Shown here one piece after another: positions 56,767 to 64,000 of a DNA stretch of 64,000 bases. Origin of the DNA: an uncultured Actinomycetes bacterium (lineage in GTDB: Bacteria; Actinomycetota; Thermoleophilia; Gaiellales; Gaiellaceae); NCBI GenBank assembly GCA_963779505.1, contig CAVZYK010000017.1, forward strand, positions 108,896 to 172,895. Reading direction: 5' to 3'. Under the pieces are notes generated by a model that worked only from the letters and a program-made list of their open reading frames with translations, searched no databases and was not told where the DNA came from. Numbering within the stretch: position 1 is the first letter of the stretch; the number at the start of each line of letters is the position of its first letter. The translations under genes were made by a program, and so were the position numbers.

Positions 56767-57397
56767 AGGCTAGCTCGGAAAGCCCGGGCTCGTGGCGGAT
56801 CGCCGCGAAGTCCGAGTCCTTGCGCGCGTGCTCCGCCCACTTCGGCTCCAGCGCGACGGCCCGACTCAGATGCAGCAGGGCGTCCACGTGCCGGCCGCCC
56901 CGCGCTTCCATGCACGCGAGGTTGTAGAGCAGCGCCGCGTGGTCGGGCTGCTCCGCGAGCGCCTCCTCGTGGATCGCGATCGCCTCGTCCCACCGCTCTT
57001 CGCGCGACGCGGGGACGGCGGCGAACATCGCCTCCCACGCCGAGACCGTGTGCGGCTCGCCGGGTTTCCCGCCCAGCGCGAGCACCACCGTGTCGTCGTC
57101 GAGCGCGACCGCGCTCCGCTTCAGGCTCGGATCGCGGACGAAGACGAGCTGGCCGGGCCCGAGCTCGTGCTCGTTGCCGTCGATCGTGAACCGCGCGCGC
57201 CCGCGCAGCACGAAGTAGATCTCCTCGTGGCCGAGTGTGCCCTCGGTGTGCTCCTCGACGATCTGGCCTCCGGCCTCGAGCGCCGAGTACGCGTTGACGC
57301 CGAACGCACGAATGCCGAAGTGGCGTCGCACCGGCCGCCAGACGAAGCCGTCCGGCATCTCGATCGCCTGCAGCTCGTCGACGTGCACGACGCTCAT
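56531..57397 (-). CDS. cupin domain plus TPR repeat protein; the last ~75 codons (Arg/Pro-rich, overlapping the Ldh_2-like gene) are probably spurious, and the true stop may be at 56770 after a +1 break near 56785
   Basis: Cupin domain (FGVNAYS...G..V.EHTE....HEEIYFVLRGRARFTIDG) and TPR repeats (YNLACMEARGGRHVDALLHLSRAVALEP). Removing one base in cccgggc gives ..IRHEPGFPS*. Confidence 0.65.
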   Translation of the reverse strand: MSVVHVDELQAIEMPDGFVWRPVRRHFGIRAFGVNAYSALEAGGQIVEEHTEGTLGHEEIYFVLRGRARFTIDGNEHELGPGQLVFVRDPSLKRSAVALDDDTVVLALGGKPGEPHTVSAWEAMFAAVPASREERWDEAIAIHEEALAEQPDHAALLYNLACMEARGGRHVDALLHLSRAVALEPKWAEHARKDSDFAAIRHEPGLSELASNGGRPAGVRPARACAARAPGRPRAAQRRALRRSPPSGRARPRPRASRSRARTTCARARRRTARAPRVVRGPTTPRRT

Positions 57398-58048
57398 GCG
57401 AGCAGCTCGGCGTAGCGGGGGTCGTCGCGGATCGAGTCGAGGTCGGTGTCCTCGGGTGCGTAGCGCCGCACCTCGCGCCGGTCGAGCTCGACCGCGCGCC
57501 GCAGGTGGTCGAGCGCAGCATCCGTCTCACCCGCGAGCGCTTCGAAGCAGGCGGCGTTGTATGCCCCCTGCCACTCATCGGGCTGCCGGTCGAGCGCTTC
57601 CTGCATCGCTGCCCGGCCACGCTCGGCGTTGCCGGCGCGGAGCTCGGCGTAGGCGACGAAGAAGTCCTCCCAGGCTCCCGGCGTGAACGCCTTGCCTGCC
57701 GTGGCGCCCATCGCGAGCACCGTCGTGCCCGGCTCCTGCGCCGTCGCCTCACGGAACGTCGCAGGCGGCACGTGCACGAGCGTGCCGACGGGAGCGTCGA
57801 ACGTCTCGTCGAGAACGGTGAAGCGCGGCGCGTCCTCGCACGACGACGTACAGCTCTTCGGTCCCTTCGGGCTCGCGGTGCGGCTCGACCACGTGGTCGC
57901 CTGCCGCCTCGCCGACCCAGACGTTGACGCCGAACGGGTGGAACCCGATCCTCCGGCGCAACGGCCGCAGCACCTGCGACCCCTGGGGAGTCGTGTAGCG
58001 GTCGAGGTCGTCGATCGAGAGGATCTCGTAGCCTGCGTCGTCGCTCAT
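57394..58048 (-). pseudogene. cupin domain plus TPR repeat protein (paralog of the downstream gene), one +1 frame break near 57828
   Basis: MSDDAGYEILSIDDLDRY..FGVNVWVGEAAGDHVVEPH..EELYVVVRGRA, then RFTVLDETFDAPVGTLVHVPPATFREA..YNAACFEALAGETDAALDHLRRAVELD in ORF 57394-57777. Confidence 0.75.
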
Positions 58049-58889
58049 CGCGCCCGGAGCTCCCGCAGCACGACCGGATCGAGCCGCTCGACGCCGTCGA
58101 CCCGCTCCTCGAGGTTCTCCGTGCCCGCCCAGGCGTCGAGCGCCCGGGCGAGGTCGCCGTCGTAGCCGAGGCGGCCAAGCCGCTCGCCGAGCTCGGCGCT
58201 CAGCGCGTCGTCGACAGTCGACCCACTCCTCGCGGGGTGTCTTGCCGAAGAGGAGGTCATGGGCGCCGTACAGCCGTGCGAGCTCCGCGACCGGCTGTGC
58301 GTGGTCGTCGACGCGCAGGTCGACGAGGACGTCGCTCAGCGCGGCGTAGCCGCCGTCGCGCTCCACGACGAGCAGCGCGGCCGATTGCTGGCCGCGACGG
58401 TCGCCGCCCGCGGCCTGCGCGGCGGCGAGGCACTCGAGCAGCCGCTGCGCGAGCGGACTGCCCGCCGTCGCGGTGAAGGTCGTCGCGAGCGCAGCGACGG
58501 TCTCCTCGCCGACGAGGATGTTGCCCTGGGCGGCGAAGCACGGGCCGGTCTGCCCGCCGGCCCAGTCGAAGCACTCGCCGCCCGTGAAGGAGGCGCTGCC
58601 GCCGGTCGCGTCGACGACGCCGAGCTGGCGGTGCTCGCGTCCCTCGTCGGCCTCGGTGAGCGCCTTGACCGTCTCGGCGGCGCTTGCGCCGCCGCGCAGG
58701 AGCGCGAGCCCGTCAGGGCCCGTAGCGTGGGTTCGCGTACGCCTGGGTCGCGACGGCGCCGACACCCGGCTCGGCCCACGGCACCACCGATCCGACGGCG
58801 AGGAACTTCGACTGCGTGGCGACACCCCATTGGCCCGCCTCGAGATCGCAGGCCGCGATCGAGTAGGTCGCGACGATCCGGTCAGCCAT
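58045..58889 (-). pseudogene. DUF1028 family protein with a C-terminal peptidoglycan-binding-like domain, two +1 frame breaks (about 58716 and 58216)
   Basis: [58 protein letters not shown], then DGLALLRGGASAAE..GQQSAALLVVERDGGY.., then VDDALSAELGERLGRLGY. Confidence 0.75.
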
Positions 58890-59148
58890 ACGTCAGCTCG
58901 GTCAGGTCGAGCTCGAGCAGGCTGCGGTCGGTGACGAGCGCGCACGCCACTTCTGGACGCGCGAGCGCTGCACGGACGTCCTCGGCGGTCGCCGCGCGGA
59001 CGACCACCGGCCGCCCCGCGTCGTGCGCGAGCCGCAGCGCGTCGTTCTCGAGCGCGTCGAGGACGAGCGCGTCGTCGAGCTCGAGCTCTCCTTCGAGTGC
59101 GATCTCCGGGACCCGCCGGCCCGTCGCTCCGAACCATCTCTCCCTCAC
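58882..59148 (-). CDS. hypothetical protein (88 aa), translationally coupled on both sides
   Basis: The GTG start overlaps the upstream stop (GTGA). Its own stop overlaps the DUF1028 ATG by 8 nt. No motif recognised. Confidence 0.4.
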   Translation of the reverse strand: MRERWFGATGRRVPEIALEGELELDDALVLDALENDALRLAHDAGRPVVVRAATAEDVRAALARPEVACALVTDRSLLELDLTELTYG

Positions 59149-59825
59149 AGCTGGACGGTCTCTCCCGGCTCGATGCGCTCGACCTGAGCGGCGGTCAGCG
59201 TCGCCAGCTTGTCCGGCGTCCCGGTCAGGAGTGGGAACGTGCCCCAGTGCCCGGGGACGCAGCGCGGGTTCCCGAGCAGTTCGAGCGCGAGGGCGGCTTC
59301 CTCAGGCCCCATCGTGAAGTGGTCGCCGATCGGGAGCACCGCGACGTCGGGCTGGTAGAGGCGGGCGATCAGCTGCATGTCGCCGAAGACGGTGGTGTCG
59401 CCGGCGAAGTAGATCCGCTTTCCGTCCGCATGCACGACGAAGCCGGCGGGCTCGCCGGTGTAGCTGAGGTCGGGCGCGGAGCTCGAATGGAACGCGTGCG
59501 TCATCGTGAAGCGGACTCCTGCCTCCTCGATGGTGCCGCCCTTGTTGAAGGCCACGAGGTCGTCCTCGGCGATCCCGTTCTGCGAGAACCACGCCATCAG
59601 CTCGACCATCCCGATCACCTTGCAGCCGAGCTTCTGCTGCAGGGCGACGACGTCCCCCGAATGGTCGCCGTGGCCGTGCGTGACGGCGATCACGTCGGCG
59701 CGCTCCGGCTCCTTCTCGGCCTCCGGGCACGTCGGGCCGCTGACCCACGGGTCGACGTAGATGCGCTTGCCGTCGTCCGTGTCGAGGCGGAACGAGGCAT
59801 GACCGAGCCAGGTGAGTGACGCCAC
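59145..59825 (-). CDS. metal-dependent hydrolase, MBL fold (UPF0173 family)
   Basis: LTWLGHASF.......RIYVDPW....P.......AD.I..THGHGDH. SD GGAAGGAG precedes GTG 59825. Confidence 0.85.
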   Translation of the reverse strand: MASLTWLGHASFRLDTDDGKRIYVDPWVSGPTCPEAEKEPERADVIAVTHGHGDHSGDVVALQQKLGCKVIGMVELMAWFSQNGIAEDDLVAFNKGGTIEEAGVRFTMTHAFHSSSAPDLSYTGEPAGFVVHADGKRIYFAGDTTVFGDMQLIARLYQPDVAVLPIGDHFTMGPEEAALALELLGNPRCVPGHWGTFPLLTGTPDKLATLTAAQVERIEPGETVQL

Positions 59826-59897
59826 AGGAGCTCCTTCCGTCAGGATCGTGGATCGCCGTGAGCATAGAAGGACCGTCCGCCCCGAGAGAGAAGCTAG

Positions 59898-60275
59898 GTG
59901 TCCGTGGGACGTCGTGCTCTCCCGGCCCTCCTTGTGCTCGCAGCGGCGCTCGCCGACGCGCGGGGCGCGCACGGCCTCGCCTTCGACGCACTGCTCGCCG
60001 CCGTCCCGTTCACCGCGGTCGCAGGGCTCGTCGCATTCGGTGCATACCTCGAGCGCCGCGACGACTCCGTCGGCGGGCTGCAGGCCCTGCTCTGGGCGCT
60101 CGCCCTGTGCCTCGTCGTTCTCTCGTGCGCCGTCCGGTCGCCCGCGACCGAGGCCGGCGTCGTGCCGCCGCTCGGCGCCTCGGCCCTCATGGCCTGCCTG
60201 GCGGTCTTCGTGCTGAAGGCGGTCGTCGCCGCCGCGCCGTACGCGCGTCTCGCGCTGCGGCCCGCGAAGCCTTAG
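59898..60275 (+). CDS. hypothetical membrane protein (125 aa, about 4 hydrophobic helices)
   Basis: Hydrophobic segments LPALLVLAAALA, AVPFTAVAGLVAFGAYL, LQALLWALALCLVVL and ALMACLAVFVLKAVV. No homolog recognised. Confidence 0.45.
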   Translation: MSVGRRALPALLVLAAALADARGAHGLAFDALLAAVPFTAVAGLVAFGAYLERRDDSVGGLQALLWALALCLVVLSCAVRSPATEAGVVPPLGASALMACLAVFVLKAVVAAAPYARLALRPAKP

Positions 60276-61738
60276 AAAGGCAGCGAGTCGGCCGCCGCGC
60301 GGGCGACATCGATCAGCGGCGCCACCGCGAAGAACGAGCCGATCGTGACGAAGACGCAGATGGCGACACCTGCGCCCAGCAACAGCTCGCGCGGCGGCGC
60401 GCCGCCCGCCGGAGCCAGCTGCAGCTCGACCGCGTCGCGGAAGTACATCGCCCGGACGATCCCGAGGTAGTAGTAGGCGGAGATCATCGTCGCGATCACG
60501 CCGGCGACGATCAGCCACCACCAGCCGCGGTCGTAGGCAGCCGCGAAGACGTAGAACTTGCCGACGAAGCCGCCGGTCAGCGGGAAGCCGAGGAACCCGA
60601 GCATGAAGACCCACATCGAGATGCCGAAGAACGGCCGCTCCCAGCCGAGGCCTGCGAGGTTGTCGAGCGTGACCGGCACCCCGAGCTCCCGCTCGCGCGC
60701 CGCGATCACCGCGAACGCGCCGAGAGACATCGCGGCGTACGGGATCAGGTAGTACATGAGCGCCCGGGCGCCGAGCGGGTTGTTCGCGGCGACGGCGATC
60801 AGCATGAAGCCGGCGTGCGAGATCGAGGAGTACGCGAGGATCCGCTTCACGTTTCGCTGCACGAGCGCCGCGATGTTTCCCCACGCGAGCGAGACGATCG
60901 CGATCACCGCGATGGCGACCGTCCAGAGCCGCTCGTCCTGCGGGAACGCGGTCACGAGCAGGCGGTAGGTGACGGCGAGCGCGGCGATCTTGGTCGCCGA
61001 CGCCATGAACGCGGTCACCGGCGTCGGCGCGCCCTGGTAGGTGTCGGGCGTCCACATGTGGAACGGCGCCGCCGACGCCTTGAATGCGAGCCCGACGATG
61101 ATGAACGCGAGGCCGGCGACGAGCATCGCATCGCCGCCGTGCCCGAACGCGCCGATCCGGTCGAAGCTGAGTGAGCCGGTCGCGCCGTAGACGAGCGCCG
61201 AGCCGAACAGCAGCGTCGCAGAGCCGACAGAGCCGACGATCAGGTACTTGAGCCCCGCCTCGAGCGACCCGATCAGATCGATGTCGATCGCCGCGAGGAC
61301 GTAGAGCGCGATCGAGAACCACTCGAGTGCCAGGAAGAGCGTCATCAGGTTCGACGCCTGGACGAAGAACAGCATTCCGGCGCCGGCGGCGGCCAGGAGC
61401 GCGTAGTACTCGGCGACCGTCTCGTCCCGCCAGCGCTCGCGGTAGGAGACGAGTACGGCGATCGCACCCGAGGCGGCGATCAGCACCTGGGCGAGCGCGG
61501 CCCAGCGGTCGCGGAACATCGCGTCGTGCACCTGGACGGCCGCCTCCGGGCTCTTCGCGTCGACGACGATCGCAAGCACGAATGCGGTCACGAACCCGGC
61601 GAACGCCACGATTGCCGCAGCTGCCTTCCGCGTCGTGCGCCGCGTGAAGACGGCGACCATCAGCAGCAGACCCGTTGTCGCGAGCAGCGCCAGCGTCGGC
61701 GAGAGCGAGAACCAGTCGACGTGCGGCTTGACGATCAC
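60272..61738 (-). CDS. nuoN: NADH-quinone oxidoreductase subunit N
   Basis: VKPHVDWFSLSPTLALL..LEWFSIALYVL..KYLIVGSVGSA..FHMWTPDTYQGAPTPVTAF. I prefer GTG 61738 because it gives a GTGA overlap with the nuoM stop. The ORF-track start is 61756. Confidence 0.9.
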   Translation of the reverse strand: MIVKPHVDWFSLSPTLALLATTGLLLMVAVFTRRTTRKAAAAIVAFAGFVTAFVLAIVVDAKSPEAAVQVHDAMFRDRWAALAQVLIAASGAIAVLVSYRERWRDETVAEYYALLAAAGAGMLFFVQASNLMTLFLALEWFSIALYVLAAIDIDLIGSLEAGLKYLIVGSVGSATLLFGSALVYGATGSLSFDRIGAFGHGGDAMLVAGLAFIIVGLAFKASAAPFHMWTPDTYQGAPTPVTAFMASATKIAALAVTYRLLVTAFPQDERLWTVAIAVIAIVSLAWGNIAALVQRNVKRILAYSSISHAGFMLIAVAANNPLGARALMYYLIPYAAMSLGAFAVIAARERELGVPVTLDNLAGLGWERPFFGISMWVFMLGFLGFPLTGGFVGKFYVFAAAYDRGWWWLIVAGVIATMISAYYYLGIVRAMYFRDAVELQLAPAGGAPPRELLLGAGVAICVFVTIGSFFAVAPLIDVARAAADSLPF

Positions 61739-63270
61739 GGCGACGGCTCCACGCATGGGTTGCTTGCGCTCATCGTGATGCAGCCGACGGTGCTTCGGAT
61801 CGTGACCTGCCCGCCGGAAGCGGCGAGCTCCGCGTCGACCTGCGCCGTCGCGTGGTTCCCGCCGAAGGCACGGCCGGAGATCAGGTTCGGATAGGCCGAG
61901 AGGCCGAGCAGGCAGAGAACGAGCGGGACGATGACCGCGAGCTCGCCGAGTCGCAGGTCGAGCGCGGAGTCCGGCACCGCCGGCCCGACGTCCTGGTGCA
62001 GCACGCCTGAGATCGCGCGCAGCATGTACATCGCCGCCAGCACCATCCCGGCGGCGCCGACGACGGCCCAGCCCCAGCCCTGCTGGAAGACGCCCGCGAG
62101 AATCAGGAACTCTCCGGCGAACGAGGTCGAGAGCGGCACCGCCAGCGAGATGACGCCGATCGTCAGCACGAGCGTCGCGAGCGCCGGCCGACCGCGCGCC
62201 ATGCCGCCGAGCAACCGGAACTCACCGGTCGAGGTACGCCGCTCGACCATCCCCGCAATCAGGAAGAGCGTGGCCGAGATGAGCGCGTGGTTGACCATCT
62301 GCAGCACCGCGCCGTCGTAGCCGAGGTCGTTGTTCGCGAAGAGGCCGAGCGCGATCAGGCCCGACTGCGCGAGCGACGAATAGAGGATGACGCCGCGGAA
62401 GTCGGGCGCGCGGAACGCGAGCAGCGAGCCGTAGACGAGCGAGATCGACGCGAGCACGAGCAGCACGACGCGCCAGTCGTCGACGACGTCGGGGAACTTC
62501 GGGATCGCGATCCGCAGCAGGCCGTAGAGGCCGGCCTTCGAGACGATGCCGGAGAGCACCGCCGACACCTCCGGCGGCGACTCGCGGTAGGTGATCGGCA
62601 GCCAGCCGTGGAACGGGAAGAGCGGCGACTTGATCGCGAACGCGGCCACGAAGCCGAGGAAGAGCCACGTCGAAGACGACGTGCCCATGCGCGTCAGGTC
62701 GAAGGTGCCCTGTTGCAGTCCGAAGACGACGATCGACGCGAGCATCAGCAGCGAGCCGACGACGGTGTAGATCACGAACGTGAGCGTGGCGCGCAGCCGC
62801 TGCGGGCCGCCCCAGACGCCGATCAGCACGTAGAGCGGGATCAGCATCGCCTCGAAGAACGCGTAGAAGAGCAGCAGGTCCTGCGCCGTGAAGACGCCGA
62901 CGATCGCACCCGTCAGCATCAGCATCAGCGAGAAGTAGGCGCGCGCCCGGTCGCGGCCCGCCCACCAGCCGTAGATCACGCACGCGGCCATCACGACGAC
63001 CGTCGCGCCGACGAGCCAGAGCGAGAACGCGTACTGGCCGACGTGGTAGCTGACGCCGAGGTCGTCGAACCACGCGTGGCGCTGCTGGAACTGCAGCCCG
63101 GGGTCGCCGAAGTCGAAGCGTGCGGCCGCCGAGATCCAGAAGCCGATCTCGACGAGCGAGATCAGCGCGGCGAGCGACCCCAGCCAGTAGCCCGGGAGCG
63201 GTGCGACGGCGACCAGCAGTGCGCCTGCGACCGGCAGGAAGATCAGGATCGTCGTCAGCCAGTGGTTCAT
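61735..63270 (-). CDS. nuoM: NADH-quinone oxidoreductase subunit M
   Basis: MNHWLTTILIFLPVAGAL..FFEAMLIPLYVLIG.WGG..KSPLFPFHGWLP..A.....SAVL.G...K.G.YG. Confidence 0.92.
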   Translation of the reverse strand: MNHWLTTILIFLPVAGALLVAVAPLPGYWLGSLAALISLVEIGFWISAAARFDFGDPGLQFQQRHAWFDDLGVSYHVGQYAFSLWLVGATVVVMAACVIYGWWAGRDRARAYFSLMLMLTGAIVGVFTAQDLLLFYAFFEAMLIPLYVLIGVWGGPQRLRATLTFVIYTVVGSLLMLASIVVFGLQQGTFDLTRMGTSSSTWLFLGFVAAFAIKSPLFPFHGWLPITYRESPPEVSAVLSGIVSKAGLYGLLRIAIPKFPDVVDDWRVVLLVLASISLVYGSLLAFRAPDFRGVILYSSLAQSGLIALGLFANNDLGYDGAVLQMVNHALISATLFLIAGMVERRTSTGEFRLLGGMARGRPALATLVLTIGVISLAVPLSTSFAGEFLILAGVFQQGWGWAVVGAAGMVLAAMYMLRAISGVLHQDVGPAVPDSALDLRLGELAVIVPLVLCLLGLSAYPNLISGRAFGGNHATAQVDAELAASGGQVTIRSTVGCITMSASNPCVEPSP

Positions 63271-64000
63271 CGCACGCTCACGAAGACGACGATCAGAATG
63301 GCGAGCCCGCTCGCGAGTGCGAGCGCGTAGGACCGGACGAGCCCGTTCTGCGCGCGGCCGAGCTCACGCGAGCCGAAGCCGGCGCCGCCGGTGACGGCGG
63401 CGAGCGAGCCGACGATCAGCGGCTTCTCGATGAAGGCGTAGAGCCCGCGCGCGATCGCGTCGGCCGGGCGGTACCAGATCAGGTCGTAGAGCTCGTCCCA
63501 GTAGAACCGCTTCTCGAACAGGCGCACGGGCTTCGGCGCCGCCACGCGCTTCGCCGAGTAGATCGCCCACGAGACGGCCATGCCGGCGAGCCCGGCCGCG
63601 ACGGCGAGCACCGAGGCGATCAATTCCTGGGTGTTGGTCGGTTCGACGAGCGGCGCGGCAACCGGGTCGAGCCAGTCGGTCAGGGGTGTCCAGAACGGCG
63701 CGAACTGGAGGAAGCCGCCGATCGCGGCGAGCACGGCGAGCACGGCGACGGGCCAGCGCATCGCGAGCGGCGCATCCTTGCCCTGATGCAGGTGGATGTG
63801 CTCTCGCGCGAAGGCGGTCGGCTCGCCGGTGAAGACGATGAAGTAGAGGCGGAACGCGTAGACGCCGGTCAGGAACGTGCCGATCACGTCGGCGACGAAG
63901 ATCACGATGCCGAACGCGCCGTGGTCGAGGGCGGAGGCGATGATCGGATCCTTGGAGAAGAACCCTGAGAACGGCGGGATGCCGACGAGAGCGAGTGACC
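63267..64000 (-). CDS. nuoL: NADH-quinone oxidoreductase subunit L (C-terminal part; continues beyond the window)
   Basis: ..LVGIPPFSGFFSKDPIIASAL..GVYAFRLYFIVFTGEP..FYWDELYD... ATGA overlap with the nuoM start. The frame is open to nt 64000. Confidence 0.88.
   Translation of the reverse strand, partial: SLALVGIPPFSGFFSKDPIIASALDHGAFGIVIFVADVIGTFLTGVYAFRLYFIVFTGEPTAFAREHIHLHQGKDAPLAMRWPVAVLAVLAAIGGFLQFAPFWTPLTDWLDPVAAPLVEPTNTQELIASVLAVAAGLAGMAVSWAIYSAKRVAAPKPVRLFEKRFYWDELYDLIWYRPADAIARGLYAFIEKPLIVGSLAAVTGGAGFGSRELGRAQNGLVRSYALALASGLAILIVVFVSVR

Overview
This is a very GC-rich bacterial chromosomal core segment (roughly 70% GC or more by eye, not computed). Gene content and promoter style suggest a deep-branching actinobacterium of the Thermoleophilia/Rubrobacteria type, but that is inference only. 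The window runs from a 5'-partial parB to a partial nuoL. It is almost fully packed with about 70 housekeeping or envelope genes and two tRNAs (Ile-GAU and Phe-GAA). I found no rRNA, CRISPR array, IS element, prophage or recognisable defence island.

Main blocks, in order:
- parB, small ORFs, a methyltransferase, and a decayed S8 peptidase.
- An envelope cluster: L,D-transpeptidase, CPBP protease, MscS, class A PBP, a glycosyltransferase, Ser/Thr kinase, M28 peptidase.
- An MprAB-like two-component system followed by an HtrA/PepD-like protease.
- A 17-gene co-directional array: rsbW-like, treT, otsA, moaC, moaB, ubiA-like, ccmABCD, hemX-like, hemACD and SAM-related genes.
- ahcY, arginase and rarA.
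- A coupled chain of methyltransferases, M20 peptidase, pabBC, DUF1385, NAPRT and nicotinamidase.
- A short FtsH paralog, mce, an ECF sigma factor, a YchF-like protein, Mrp and HAD.
- A cupin-TPR/DUF1028 operon, then nuoN, nuoM and nuoL.

I did not find a convincing new multi-gene system. The best leads are:
1. About 29 reading-frame breaks, almost all equivalent to one extra base. An assembly artefact is the leading explanation.
2. Four copies of the palindrome GTCCCNGGGAC between the two-component system and the HtrA-like gene.
3. Ultra-short divergent spacers (16-29 nt) with overlapping -10 hexamers on opposite strands, which implies back-to-back leaderless promoters.
4. A 24-bp x5 tandem array next to parB.
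5. tRNA-Phe lying 4 nt upstream of the ahcY start codon.
6. A sigmaB-type promoter in front of the rsbW-like/trehalose array.
7. ccmABCD fused to a hemX-hemACD block.

All product calls rest on motifs recognised by eye in the ORF translations. No searches were run.
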